From a virus: 64,000 bases of DNA. The position numbers and the translations under genes are program-made. Each line of letters starts with the position of its first letter. Position 1 is the stretch's first letter. Below the pieces are notes generated by a model. It saw only the letters and a list, made by a program, of their open reading frames with translations, was not told where the DNA came from and searched no databases. Location of the stretch: IMG/VR virus record IMGVR_UViG_3300046810_000466, positions 1 to 64,000 of that record; one strand, 5' to 3'. Positions 18,929-29,291 of this stretch are shown here, in pieces.

Positions 18929-20292
18929 TACAACCTCCGAATAGCGGAGCGCATCAGTGCCATCAGGAATGGCATTTGATAGAATTGCTCCAGTGGTCCC
19001 CATGACGTATAGGTTTTTGCCAAGTCAGTCAGAGTCGACAAGTCGTACGCTTTGCCATCCAAGTAATCATGGAAAGCAATCTCCAGGCCGGACTGACCTG
19101 GATGCGTGTCAGCATAGAACGCCGGTGAGAAGATGTAGGTGTCGTATGCCACAGCGTTCACTGCAGGTGCCTTGTTACTTGGCAGGCCATACAGCTCACT
19201 GATCTGGATCAGCTCGAACAGATCCACCAGACGGGTTGGCGTAGGTTTGATCGCTACGCTGCTGATCGTCTTGGTGTAGTTCTTGCGACGGTAGTCTTCG
19301 GACAGATCCGGGTCAGCTGGATAGACCGCGAAGTCGATACCGGCATAACGAATGCTGTCCATCACGGGGTCAGCCGAGAAAGCACGGGTCAACACCAGAC
19401 CAATCTTACTCATGCAGTTGATCAGTTCCTTGCGACGTTTAGTCAGCAAAGCGGTCCAGACATTGGAGATGTCGTAGTTGTCGTCTTCACCAACGTTCAA
19501 CTCACGCAGGTACTTGATGTTCGGATGATTCTCATCACGGAACATCTTCAACACTGCGCGGGTCAGGAAAGGATCGTACATCGAACGGTCTTGACCAGGC
19601 AGAAGCAGCGTGCGATATTCTTGACTGAAGAAGCGGGTGAAGTAGAAATCCACCAACTCCTCGTAGTAATTACGCAGCTCTTTGATCAGGCGATTTTCAT
19701 CGTACGAGATCAACGGGTTCTGACCGTTCTCCAGGAAGTCACGTTCGAAGTAAAGATTCTCTACCACCTTGCTGTTCAGATCATTGACCCGGTTGTCCTG
19801 CTCAGAGTAACTGACTTGCACGTAGTCAATTACGAATGCGGCGTCTTTGTAGATGGAGCGGCGTTCTGATGAGGTCACCATGAACAAGCCCTCACGCCCA
19901 TCGCCGACATCGGCCAAGAAGTGATCGCCCTCGTTCGGGACCAAGCCGCAAGGGAACACATTGGCTTGACCAGTGACATTGAATCCCTTGCTGCCGGGAT
20001 CTTGCGACTGGTTCAATGCCGTTGTTACCTTCAGTTCAAACTTCTGAATCAGCTTGTATTGTTGGTAGACCGCAGGACGATCCAGACTTTGTCCGGACAG
20101 TGCATTGTCGGCACCCAACACTTGGCTGTAGTAATTCACAGTCCATGACGCACCTTCAACGTGCGTCAGCAGCGACGTCGCTGGTTCGTACGTGGTGTCA
20201 ACTGTCACTCCACGGAACTCTTTAGCGGTCACTAGCACAGCAACCGGTTGTTCTACCGGTGGCGTGGTATTGGTATCACCAATGATTGGCAT
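18928..20292 (-). CDS. Virion structural protein (phiKZ gp99-like)
   Basis: Start MPIIGD at 20292 after AAGAGG. 'LLTHVEGASWTVNYYSQ...PNEGDHFLADVGDGR'. Synteny. Confidence 0.6.
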   Translation of the reverse strand: MPIIGDTNTTPPVEQPVAVLVTAKEFRGVTVDTTYEPATSLLTHVEGASWTVNYYSQVLGADNALSGQSLDRPAVYQQYKLIQKFELKVTTALNQSQDPGSKGFNVTGQANVFPCGLVPNEGDHFLADVGDGREGLFMVTSSERRSIYKDAAFVIDYVQVSYSEQDNRVNDLNSKVVENLYFERDFLENGQNPLISYDENRLIKELRNYYEELVDFYFTRFFSQEYRTLLLPGQDRSMYDPFLTRAVLKMFRDENHPNIKYLRELNVGEDDNYDISNVWTALLTKRRKELINCMSKIGLVLTRAFSADPVMDSIRYAGIDFAVYPADPDLSEDYRRKNYTKTISSVAIKPTPTRLVDLFELIQISELYGLPSNKAPAVNAVAYDTYIFSPAFYADTHPGQSGLEIAFHDYLDGKAYDLSTLTDLAKTYTSWGPLEQFYQMPFLMALMRSAIRRL

Positions 20293-20305
20293 AACAGCCT
20301 CTTTC

Positions 20306-21847
20306 TTAAACTGAGTGGTCGTGGTTCGTTTCAACGAAGAAGATCTGAACCGTGTTGAAATGGTTCAAAGCGCTCATTGGGTTGTTGTTCGGACGCACGT
20401 TTTGAATGGCAGTAACCAGTGCCACCTTGGAAATGAAGTTATCGCCGATGAGTGGCGGAATCAATCCACGAGGCAGCAAGGTAGGGTCGATCGCCATCAA
20501 GATCTGAATGGCAGCTTGACCATGTTCTTGCAGTCGTGCCAGCGCGTTACCGCGAAGCAGCTGCAAGTCCGTCAGCAGACCAACACGAATGTGGTGTTGG
20601 TGGCGCAGGTCAGGCTCAGTCAGCAACGTGATGTTCAGGTCAGCATCGATTGCAATCGAAGGTGGATCAGGTTCGATCTGCGACGTGTTCTTGTACAACG
20701 CTACATGGAGCGCCGACAGACAAGGTCGGAGCAAATAACTCTGCTCTGACTTCATGTACTCGATAATCTCAGGTGTGAATTTCTTCTGGCCGAGATCTTG
20801 CAAGCTCAGCACCTGTCGTGTGTTGGCCTGGTCGATGTCAAACAACACCGTGACCACCCGACGACTCTTGATTGGGATGGACGCTGGAACGAACTCATCG
20901 AACGTAGGGATCGCATAACCAAAATCAAAACGCTGCTTGTCACTGATCTGCGCACCTTCAAATGGCGCCAAGACACGGCTGTGGTAAGCATAGCTCTTAA
21001 CTGTGTCAGTGTGGTCGCGCAGCGGAGGCTGACGGTATTTCAGGTCGATCAGCTGGTTATGCACCATCAATGGATAGACCATTACCACGGTCTCTGGTCG
21101 CTGGTAACCGAACTTGTACGAGAAGCTGGTGATTACTGCTTCACCATCGCCACCGCGTGCTGCCTCTTCTGGTAGATCGAAATCAAACCAGCCCTGTACC
21201 CGCACTTGTGTTTCGGGCACTACCCACAGGGAAGCCGACCCACTCATGTTCGTCAGCTTGCGCATCTTAGGCAAACGATTAGCATCGAAGTACTCGTCGA
21301 ATGTATCGCCATAACCGGCCACATTCTCCCGCAAGCCATGCAGGTACTTCAGAATGTACAGGTACTCTTCCGGCACTCCGAAACTGTAGGTGATATCATG
21401 CAGGTTCAGATCACGGTGTTGACTGATCTTGGCCTTCATAGCCGCACGCCACTGGATGGCCTGGTTCTTATTGCTGGCCCGGTACTTGACAGTGATAGTC
21501 GAATCCATCGTCGCGTAAGCCGGTTTCATGATAATGTCCAGAGCAGGATCGTAGAAGATCAACAGGTTCTCTGGATCAAACATCGGTTCGTTCGGCACGC
21601 GATCGGGAGCATAGATCTCGCTCACCTCCAACTCGATTTTATCGTTGTGCACGAACATGTTCAGGTCATCGCCGTGCTCGGCAATGGCCGATTGCAATTG
21701 CTTCTGCTTCTCCATATCGCCGAAGTAAACTAAGTTCGTCTTCGGGCTAATGCCGGTCAATTGCATTAATTGGCGAACGACTTCCAGCATCACGGGACGC
21801 GTGATGCTTTCCGTGGTCTCCGGGATTGGTAACAAAGTCATTGGCAT
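20306..21847 (-). CDS. Virion structural protein (phiKZ gp98-like)
   Basis: 513 aa. 'PIPETTESITRPV...YPLMVHNQLI...IPTFDEF'. Synteny. Confidence 0.6.
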   Translation of the reverse strand: MPMTLLPIPETTESITRPVMLEVVRQLMQLTGISPKTNLVYFGDMEKQKQLQSAIAEHGDDLNMFVHNDKIELEVSEIYAPDRVPNEPMFDPENLLIFYDPALDIIMKPAYATMDSTITVKYRASNKNQAIQWRAAMKAKISQHRDLNLHDITYSFGVPEEYLYILKYLHGLRENVAGYGDTFDEYFDANRLPKMRKLTNMSGSASLWVVPETQVRVQGWFDFDLPEEAARGGDGEAVITSFSYKFGYQRPETVVMVYPLMVHNQLIDLKYRQPPLRDHTDTVKSYAYHSRVLAPFEGAQISDKQRFDFGYAIPTFDEFVPASIPIKSRRVVTVLFDIDQANTRQVLSLQDLGQKKFTPEIIEYMKSEQSYLLRPCLSALHVALYKNTSQIEPDPPSIAIDADLNITLLTEPDLRHQHHIRVGLLTDLQLLRGNALARLQEHGQAAIQILMAIDPTLLPRGLIPPLIGDNFISKVALVTAIQNVRPNNNPMSALNHFNTVQIFFVETNHDHSV

Positions 21848-21900
21848 AATCTTGCTTTCCTCTAAGTAGTCTTTTTAAAGCTCATAACATCCTTTCGACG

Positions 21901-21943
21901 GTCATACCCCTCCGCCCCGTGTAGGGAGCGGAGGAGTCATGGC
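21901..21943 (-). terminator. Intergenic hairpin
   Basis: GTCATAC-CCCTCCGC...GCGGAGG-AGTCATGGC. Confidence 0.5.
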
Positions 21944-21947
21944 GTGA

Positions 21948-23294
21948 TTACATACCGGCGGGTTTGAAATCCTGCGAACCTTCTTTGGCAGCTTTTGGCA
22001 CATACATCTTGATCGACTGCTCGACCATGTTCAGAACTGCCTCAAACGTACCCATGGTGCGCTTGGTCAAATCCGTCATGGGTTGCGTCGCCAGCTGACA
22101 GTACACGTTCGGCAGGTTCAACATGACATTCAACGTCGTACGGGCTTCTGGGTTCACTTCCGCTGCGCCATCCAGACGTTTGCTGACGTCTTCGATGACT
22201 TTGCCGAACTTACCACTGACATCTTCCATCCGGCTGGTTTGCGCCTTCTCCAGCTCGCTCATCAGTACCAGTCCTTTCTGGACCGACTCCAGCGCGAGCT
22301 TCATACCAGACACTTTGAATGCCGGCATGGTCAGATGGTTCGACGGCGCCGCTTCACGTTCTTGCGTTACGTGGCAACGAGCGATGGTCAGATCACGCAG
22401 CACTTGCGCAATCGGCTGATCACTCTTACGGTCCAGGAAGAAGGTGTTCATCAGGTTACCCCAAGTGAACGAGACCCGGCAGCTGCCAGCCAACGGAGGC
22501 GACGTCGCTGTGAAGGTATTGGTGATGTGGCTGTCGATCGTATCGCGCTTGAAGTCCTTCACGCCGAAGGCATCGAAGTAACGCCAGAATGCCGGGATGA
22601 TCTTTTCTGCCACTGTCTTCTGCAACGTTTCGTTGGTCGAGTCAGGTTGAACAGATTCGATCGTGGTCATCATGGCCTGTGCCATGTTGGTGATCACCAC
22701 AGGGCCGTCACGGAAGTTCTTGCGAACGTTCTTGAAGATGTCTTGCATCACCACCGAAAACGATTTGGTATCGAGCAGCTTCTGACCAGGCAAGGTGAAG
22801 ATCTTGCCATCACGCATCGGCACATTGATGACGGGATTGGGTTGCAGCGGTTCTTCGGTCAGGTCGTTGATCTTGGTGCTCAGTTCTTCTGCGCGGTGGT
22901 TCAAGTAGTTGCGGTAGCTGAAGATGCGCTGGAAGAAGTTGGTAATGAAACCCCACGCTTTCTTCAGCAGCTCCACAATCTTCTTCCACACATCGCTGAC
23001 ATGATCCGCGATGGATTCGCAGGTAGGTGTATAGTCCACCACCGTTACCGAACCGGTCAGGGTATTACCCATGCCTGTCACGATATCGTTCAATGCCAAC
23101 AGTTCAGCGTTGTCGAAATCGCGAGCCATGGCTTTGGCATCCTGATAAATCACAGCCACTTCAGAAGTGGTGGTCATGGTCGTCAGGGTAGCGGAAAGGT
23201 TTGCAGCTTCTTGATCCGTTTCGTCGGACAGAATGGCAGCTTCTTCGACGGAGAGGTTCAAGCTTTCAGGCGGTGGGAGTGATCCGGAACGCAT
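21948..23294 (-). CDS. Internal head (inner body/ejection) protein, phiKZ gp93-97 paralog family
   Basis: 448 aa. Acidic propeptide with LSVEE, then an amphipathic 'VWKKIVELLKKAWGFITNFFQRIF' helix. Confidence 0.65.
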   Translation of the reverse strand: MRSGSLPPPESLNLSVEEAAILSDETDQEAANLSATLTTMTTTSEVAVIYQDAKAMARDFDNAELLALNDIVTGMGNTLTGSVTVVDYTPTCESIADHVSDVWKKIVELLKKAWGFITNFFQRIFSYRNYLNHRAEELSTKINDLTEEPLQPNPVINVPMRDGKIFTLPGQKLLDTKSFSVVMQDIFKNVRKNFRDGPVVITNMAQAMMTTIESVQPDSTNETLQKTVAEKIIPAFWRYFDAFGVKDFKRDTIDSHITNTFTATSPPLAGSCRVSFTWGNLMNTFFLDRKSDQPIAQVLRDLTIARCHVTQEREAAPSNHLTMPAFKVSGMKLALESVQKGLVLMSELEKAQTSRMEDVSGKFGKVIEDVSKRLDGAAEVNPEARTTLNVMLNLPNVYCQLATQPMTDLTKRTMGTFEAVLNMVEQSIKMYVPKAAKEGSQDFKPAGM

Positions 23295-23412
23295 GGTAAA
23301 CTTTCATGTAAAGGGTTGGGTCGTTCTTCATAAAAATAGCAATACATTATCAAACGGCATAAAGAACACCACCACTCCGAAGAGCAGTAGTGTTCTCTAC
23401 GTCTAACCGAAG

Positions 23413-24822
23413 TTAGTACTGTGCCAGCGATTTCTCGACCAGCACCAGCGACACGCGGACGGTCTGGTAGACCTTCTTCGACACCGGCATGGTCAGGTCG
23501 GAGACCCAACGCGTCAGCGAGGTGTTGAAGTTGGCCATGGCCTTCATGGCGTCGACAGCGTAGGCACGCTCAGCGCGGCCGGCTTCATCGTTACCAGCCA
23601 GCTTACCCACGGCTGCAGCAGCAGTGCCGCCGCCTTCCAGCAGGTCAGCGCGGGTCTTCTCGATCGCCTTGGAGTCGGCACTGCCTTCGTGGGCAACAAC
23701 CTTCTTGATCAGGGCTTCCGCCGCATTCAGCGTCGCGTCCATTTCCTGGTACGACATGGTGACGAATGCATTGGTGCTGCTGATCAGGGCGGCACGACCT
23801 TGGCGGGCTTCGATCTTCACGCCGCTGTTGCGCAGCGCTGCCACGATCTGGGCGTCGGACAGGTCCTTGGTCTTGTTCTTGTCGAGGCGGTGAGCGACGA
23901 CGTTGAAGCAGCCCAGGTAACCGGTCGGCGGGTTCGATGGCAGGTTGGTGAAGTTGTTCTTCTGCAGGCCGACAGCGATGGTTTTGATCGCTTCAGCAGC
24001 CTTGTGCGGATCGTACTTCTTCAGTTCCGAAGCCACCTGGTCGCCCATGGACTTGCAGTCCTTCAGGTACGGACCGAACGCGTAGGTTGCCAGTGTGCTC
24101 AGTTCGCCCATGCCCTTGCCCAGTTCCTTGGCGTCTTTGATGACGTAGTCCGGATAGGAGATGGCATTGGTGCCGACGTTGACCGTGATCTGGCCCAGCT
24201 TCGGCTTGTCGCCGCCGGCCTTCTTCTTGGTGCCGACCAGTTCCTTCAGCACCTTGATGCGGTGCAGCAGGCGCGGCGCAACCATGAAGATGCGCTTGAA
24301 GAACTCGGTGATGGTGCCCCAGATGTTCAGGCAGAACTGGCGGATGTTATTCCAGACTTCCTGGGCGTGCTGGCGGATGTTCTCCACGAAGCTTTCCAGA
24401 GCCAGTTGCTTTTCTTCCGGGGTACCGACCAGCAGCGGTTCAGCCGATGGGATGACGTCGTCCGGATTGCCATCGGAACCGGCCACTGCCATTTCGGAGG
24501 CGGTGTCGATCAGCATGGCTTGTTCCGGAGTCAGCTCTTTCACTTCGCTGACGGTGTCAGCAACGTTGAGCATGACGTCGGTGACGTCTTCAACACGGGT
24601 CGTTTCAGCAACGTCCTGGTTGACTTGGGTTTGCAGGGCATCTGCTTCTTGCAGCGCCATGACTTCTTCTTCCACGGACAACATGGAACGACCTTCCAGG
24701 ATCTGGTCGATCGACATGCTCTCGATGGAGAGAGTGCCGTTGCCCGCATTGGTGTCGATGCCGCCTGGATTGGCAGCATGGGCAGCAGGAGCAGCAGTTT
24801 TGTTCAGATATTGACGACGCAT
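23413..24822 (-). CDS. Internal head protein, gp93-97 paralog family
   Basis: Start MRRQYL at 24822. LSIES, LSVEE and LALESF protease-type sites, then 'VWNNIRQFCLNIWGTITEFFKRIF'. Confidence 0.65.
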   Translation of the reverse strand: MRRQYLNKTAAPAAHAANPGGIDTNAGNGTLSIESMSIDQILEGRSMLSVEEEVMALQEADALQTQVNQDVAETTRVEDVTDVMLNVADTVSEVKELTPEQAMLIDTASEMAVAGSDGNPDDVIPSAEPLLVGTPEEKQLALESFVENIRQHAQEVWNNIRQFCLNIWGTITEFFKRIFMVAPRLLHRIKVLKELVGTKKKAGGDKPKLGQITVNVGTNAISYPDYVIKDAKELGKGMGELSTLATYAFGPYLKDCKSMGDQVASELKKYDPHKAAEAIKTIAVGLQKNNFTNLPSNPPTGYLGCFNVVAHRLDKNKTKDLSDAQIVAALRNSGVKIEARQGRAALISSTNAFVTMSYQEMDATLNAAEALIKKVVAHEGSADSKAIEKTRADLLEGGGTAAAAVGKLAGNDEAGRAERAYAVDAMKAMANFNTSLTRWVSDLTMPVSKKVYQTVRVSLVLVEKSLAQY

Positions 24823-24872
24823 CACTGTTACCTTTAAGTGAGGATTCGGGTAATTGAAAAAAAGAAGTAACA

Positions 24873-24905
24873 CCCTTCACCCTCGTTGTTGCTGAGAGTG
24901 AAGGG
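24873..24905 (-). terminator. Intrinsic terminator
   Basis: CCCTTCAC...GTGAAGGG stem, followed by TTACTTCTTTTTTT on the minus strand. Confidence 0.6.
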
Positions 24906-24923
24906 CATTAACTTACCGCTTGA

Positions 24924-26318
24924 TTAGGCGGCCGCTTCAGCAGGCTTGGCGCCTTCAGCGGGTTTGGCTTCTTCTTTCTTTGGGGCGGCGCCGTACTGCT
25001 TCAGCGATTGCTCGCCGTATTGCAGGACGTAGCTGCCGGCGTTCAGCACGAAAGCGGCGATCGGAGGCGCAGCGTTGACCACCATGGACATGGCGCCCTT
25101 GGCGATAGCGCGAGCGTCGGCGTCAGCGATGGCGCCTTCAACTGGTTTGCCGTCGGCACCCTTGCCGCCTTCTTTGGCTTTCTTCTCGGCAGCAGCGATC
25201 ACTGCGCTAGCAGCGGTCTCGGCTTCCTTCTGGGCTTTCTTGTAGCCCAGCACCAGGTCGGCGGCTTCGGAGATCTTCTTGGCAGCGGTGCCGACGTCGA
25301 CAGCCGACAGGGTTGGCAGTTGGGTCTTGTCCGCTACTTTCTTCGACGCATCGAACACGCCCAGCTTGTAGCCGGCCTTGCCGATTGCTGCAGCACTGGT
25401 GCCGTCGGATGGGATGGTTGCGATCACAGCCTTGTTACCTGGCAGCGCTTCGCCTTTCCACAGTTCCAGACCTTCGCCAGGTGCCGAGGCGCCGACCGAT
25501 GCTGGGTCGCCGACTTTGGTGAAGCCTTGGCCGGTCATCTTACGCGCTTCAGCGGTCAGGAAGGACAGGGCGTCAGCGCCGCCTTGTTCGATCGACTTGG
25601 CAGCGCCGGTGGCGAAGCTGGCAGCGTGGTTAGCCATGGCCGACAGGACAGATGCTTCTTGCACGATGGCTTGTGCGGCGGCGCCGACGTTGACGGTACC
25701 GTTGATGTGCAGGTTTTCAGCCAGCTTCTGGCTTTCGAAGGTCTTCGAGGTGGCTTCACCTTTGGTCGCGCCGGCGGCGGAGACGACCTTGTCAGCACGG
25801 GCCTTCATCTTGGTAGCGGTGTCGAAAATGCGGTTCCAGATGGCAACGATGGCTTTGGCCGCATTGCGGAACATTTCCAGGATCGCGCCCCACAGCTCGC
25901 CGGCTTTCTCGGCCAGGCCTTCAGCGGACAGCTGGGTGGTGCCAGCACGGCCGGCGGTGCCGCCGAACGATTCGACCGACAGGGTCTTGTGGTTTTCGGG
26001 CAGACCCAGGCGACGGTTCCAGGATGCGTGCATTTGGTTCAGCAGGATGGCGCCGTTGCGGTCCAGGCCGCCGTTGGAGGCGATGATGCGCAGCGATTCG
26101 GTGGCGGCTTCCATTTCACCAGCAACTTCAGCAGCGGCGTCGACGGCGCCTTCGGTGTTGTCGATTTCGACGATGTCGTTGTTCACTTCGACCAGATCGG
26201 CTTCCAGGCTATCGGCACCGGCTTCGATCGGCGCTGCCGGCGCTTCTTCGCCCGGTGGTACTGCTACTGCTTCGATTTCTTCACGTGCCAGATTGGCGTA
26301 GATACGGTGGTTACGCAT
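24924..26318 (-). CDS. Abundant internal head protein, gp93-97 paralog family
   Basis: 464 aa, Ala-rich, very strong codon bias. 'NGGLD...LSVESFGG...LSAEG...LWGAILEMFRNAAKAIVAIWNRIF'. Confidence 0.7.
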   Translation of the reverse strand: MRNHRIYANLAREEIEAVAVPPGEEAPAAPIEAGADSLEADLVEVNNDIVEIDNTEGAVDAAAEVAGEMEAATESLRIIASNGGLDRNGAILLNQMHASWNRRLGLPENHKTLSVESFGGTAGRAGTTQLSAEGLAEKAGELWGAILEMFRNAAKAIVAIWNRIFDTATKMKARADKVVSAAGATKGEATSKTFESQKLAENLHINGTVNVGAAAQAIVQEASVLSAMANHAASFATGAAKSIEQGGADALSFLTAEARKMTGQGFTKVGDPASVGASAPGEGLELWKGEALPGNKAVIATIPSDGTSAAAIGKAGYKLGVFDASKKVADKTQLPTLSAVDVGTAAKKISEAADLVLGYKKAQKEAETAASAVIAAAEKKAKEGGKGADGKPVEGAIADADARAIAKGAMSMVVNAAPPIAAFVLNAGSYVLQYGEQSLKQYGAAPKKEEAKPAEGAKPAEAAA

Positions 26319-26397
26319 GTTGGTAATACTCCCATTGCAATGGATTTGAGGAAAAAGAAATAAATAACTACTTCATTCCGCGCGGAATATGAAACGA

Positions 26398-26445
26398 TGG
26401 CTGGCTTGCCACTATACTATCTACTAGGAAGGGGCAAGCCAGCCA
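26398..26445. other. Intergenic inverted repeat (13-bp arms)
   Basis: TGGCTGGCTTGCC-N22-GGCAAGCCAGCCA. Confidence 0.5.
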
Positions 26446-26452
26446 AGGGGAA

Positions 26453-27064
26453 CTAGCCTTCGACTTCGCCGAACAAAACGTGCAACGTTTGGATCATGTC
26501 AGCGAAACCGTTAGGATGGGAACACCAGCGTTGGATAACGTCGATCAGCGCCACATTGCGGGCTGACTTGTTGTCATCCACAAAGAACCAGGTAAAGGAA
26601 CCGTCGTCTTTGGTTTGGTTGTGGGTGATATCCATGGTGGACAACATGGTCGTCCAGGCATGCAAACCAACTGCACGTTTGCCGGTTTGGATGAACTCGA
26701 GCGTGTTGCGCAAGAACTCCATATGCATATCACCCGTGGAAGGACCATTCTGCTGGATCATGACCCATTCCAGGAAGTCCGAAGTGCCGAAAGCGTTGAG
26801 CGCAATGCGCAACACCTTCTCACGGAACTCCATGTCATCGATCGAATGATGATGGTCGTTCATGTGACGCCACATGCTTTCGATGTTGCGGTTCACTTCC
26901 TTCGGATTGGTCAAGCCTTTGAACCAGTCCGGGTGGTAGTTATGGGTCTTCAGCGCTGCTGCGCCGGCGCGTTCGGTAGGCTTGATCTGCTCACCCAGGC
27001 TTGCGCCCAAGAAGCCACGCGGATAGATCCGGTAGCCCTTGTAAGAAGGTGCGGTATCAGGCAT
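26453..27064 (-). CDS. Head-associated protein (phiKZ gp91-like)
   Basis: 203 aa. 'IYPRGFLG...IQRWCSHPNGFADMIQTLHVLFG'. Synteny. Confidence 0.5.
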   Translation of the reverse strand: MPDTAPSYKGYRIYPRGFLGASLGEQIKPTERAGAAALKTHNYHPDWFKGLTNPKEVNRNIESMWRHMNDHHHSIDDMEFREKVLRIALNAFGTSDFLEWVMIQQNGPSTGDMHMEFLRNTLEFIQTGKRAVGLHAWTTMLSTMDITHNQTKDDGSFTWFFVDDNKSARNVALIDVIQRWCSHPNGFADMIQTLHVLFGEVEG

Positions 27065-27971
27065 ATTGCTCCTCGGTCTTACGCAGCAGCGCGCTCAGGT
27101 CTTCGATGCGTTTCTGGTTGTGTTCCAGTTGCTTCTCGATCGACGGATCTTTCTTACCCTGGAGCAGACGTTCCATGCGCAGGCGGCGCAGTTCCAGCGC
27201 TTCCTTCTCGGCCTTGGCCTTTTCGTAGCGCAGGTGCTGCCATTCAGCCACTGCCATGCGGACATGGTAGATCGGGTTCATGAACAGCGGCACCACGCCG
27301 TGGCGGAACGGATCGAGCTTGGACAGGCCGATGCTGTTGGAGACCACTTGGTCGCCGCTGGCAGTGATGACCACGTCGGGGATGGCTTCGAAGTCAGTAC
27401 GCAGCTTGTCCGATGGTTTGGACAAGGTGTCCATCACTGCACAGAAGTCCAGGAAGCGGTCGCTCACGTAGCGCACCTCGGCTGGGGTCAGGATGGTTGC
27501 TGCATCGTCTGCTTCTTCTTCGTCATCGTCCAGGCGAATCTCGGCGGACTCCACCACGGTGACGTAGTTCAGGTAGCGCAGGGCGAAGTCGGATGCGAAC
27601 GAAACCGACTCCAGCATCTGCAGAACGGCCGCCTTGTAGTAGGTGATGCCGGCGCCTTCGATGTCGTCGCTGTAGTCTTTCTCGACCAGCTTCTCGATCA
27701 GGTCCAGCGTCGCCAGCATTGGCTTCAACGTTTTCTCGATTGCGGCGATGGTGTTGGCGCCGTTGGCACCTTTCACATTGCGGCGATAGACTTCCCAGTC
27801 TTTCAACAGACCAGGGTTAGCCAGCTTGCGGCTGCCGAACAGACGCATCGAGCTTTCATAGCTCGGCACCGTGATGGCAGTCAGCACCAGGCGAGTTGTG
27901 CGGATGTCTTCCAGCACCGTTTGCTTGGCAAAGTTCGGCAGGAGGGACCGCAGGAAGTTAAGTGCTTTCAT
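27057..27971 (-). CDS. Internal head protein (phiKZ gp90-like)
   Basis: 304 aa. 'FLRSLLPNF...NPIYHVRMAVAEWQ' plus a C-terminal coiled coil. Confidence 0.6.
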   Translation of the reverse strand: MKALNFLRSLLPNFAKQTVLEDIRTTRLVLTAITVPSYESSMRLFGSRKLANPGLLKDWEVYRRNVKGANGANTIAAIEKTLKPMLATLDLIEKLVEKDYSDDIEGAGITYYKAAVLQMLESVSFASDFALRYLNYVTVVESAEIRLDDDEEEADDAATILTPAEVRYVSDRFLDFCAVMDTLSKPSDKLRTDFEAIPDVVITASGDQVVSNSIGLSKLDPFRHGVVPLFMNPIYHVRMAVAEWQHLRYEKAKAEKEALELRRLRMERLLQGKKDPSIEKQLEHNQKRIEDLSALLRKTEEQYA

Positions 27972-27992
27972 GTTGTTATGTGCCGGTTTTAG

Positions 27993-29255
27993 TTAGAGGG
28001 ATGGTGCATGACCGCCCATCAGGGCTTTCAGGATGTCACCGATGTCAGGACCGCTACCTTTGTTCGACGCCTTCAGGTCCTTGATGCGGACGGTGGTTGG
28101 CATCGCGATGTTGCGGTGGTAGAAGGTAACGTTGTTGTAGTCGACTTCGTCCACGACCGCCATCATCATCAGCGAGGTCTGTTTGAACATGCGCTGACGG
28201 ATGTCGAACTTCGCCAGCTTGCCTTCCAGTTGCAGCTCGAGCTGTTCGGCGGTGTCCTTGGTGATGACCACCATGTTGGTGGACGACGCGATGGTTGGCG
28301 AACCGGATACCAGGGTCGACAGTTTGTTGTTCAGGTTGGTGCGGCCGATGTTACCCAGTGTGCCGGACGGATCCTTCAGCAGATCGGAGCGGTGTTTGTC
28401 CACCAGATCGTTGCACAAGACCAGGTCTTTCCAGAACGACAGGCGACCGGACTTCCAGCCGTGCCAGCGCTCTTTGAACGAGTTGTCTTCGCTGCCCGTG
28501 GCTAAAATATGAATCAGATCCGGACCTGGCAGGACCGAAGCAATCAGGCGGATGTTCACCTGGACTGGCAACGAACGCTTGCCGTCGGAGATCTGGATCT
28601 CGTACGACTTACCAACTGACAGGTTCGCCAGTTCGGTCATGGTGCGGCCGATGTCTGCTTTCGAAATGGCTTCGATCTTGCCGTCGCGCATGTCAGTGCC
28701 GTTTTCGCTGACGGACAGGTTGTTGCCTTCAGCTGCATCGGCAGTGCCCATGCCACCCATGGCGCCAGCGGTATTGCCACGGCTCTTACCGCCACTGCCG
28801 ACACCACCTTCGCCGGTGCTCATGCCTGGTGTTTTCTGTGCTGCGCCGCCCAAGCTACCCAGACCGGATTCGATCGACAGGCGCAGCTTGTTGTTGGTCG
28901 GGAACGGCAGACCGTCTTCGTAGGCTTCGGTGGCAATCATCCAGGTCGACAGACCGGCGTTAACCGGATTACGGTTCGGGTTCAGGGTGTCGAGGCGGTC
29001 GATCACACGGATGTTGCCCATGACGTTGGACAGCGACGCTGCTTGCAGGTAGTAACCAGCGAAGATCGACAGAAGGGATTGCTGTACTTCACCGATGCAG
29101 TCGAGGTGCATAGCAGCCTTTTCGATCAGCACCAGCGGCTCGACACGACCTACACTGGTGAAGTCCACCAGCGAATCCGACGTACCACCACGACGCATGA
29201 GATCGCCTGCTCGGTTGAGGACGCTCAGTCCGGTATTCACGAGATCGCTATACAT
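27993..29255 (-). CDS. Inner body protein (phiKZ gp89-like)
   Basis: 420 aa. 'SLVDFTSVGRVEP...SIFAGYYLQA...LDTLNPNR...NLSVGK...ERWHGWKSGRLSFWKDLV'. Confidence 0.65.
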   Translation of the reverse strand: MYSDLVNTGLSVLNRAGDLMRRGGTSDSLVDFTSVGRVEPLVLIEKAAMHLDCIGEVQQSLLSIFAGYYLQAASLSNVMGNIRVIDRLDTLNPNRNPVNAGLSTWMIATEAYEDGLPFPTNNKLRLSIESGLGSLGGAAQKTPGMSTGEGGVGSGGKSRGNTAGAMGGMGTADAAEGNNLSVSENGTDMRDGKIEAISKADIGRTMTELANLSVGKSYEIQISDGKRSLPVQVNIRLIASVLPGPDLIHILATGSEDNSFKERWHGWKSGRLSFWKDLVLCNDLVDKHRSDLLKDPSGTLGNIGRTNLNNKLSTLVSGSPTIASSTNMVVITKDTAEQLELQLEGKLAKFDIRQRMFKQTSLMMMAVVDEVDYNNVTFYHRNIAMPTTVRIKDLKASNKGSGPDIGDILKALMGGHAPSL

Positions 29256-29291
29256 ATTACATTTTCCTTTTCAGTACAGGGGTTTTTCTAA

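Noticed and set aside
22083-27992. Long antisense ORFs over the inner-head genes (and 42547..44304 on the minus strand)
   Set aside because: Same shadow-ORF effect in strongly codon-biased genes.
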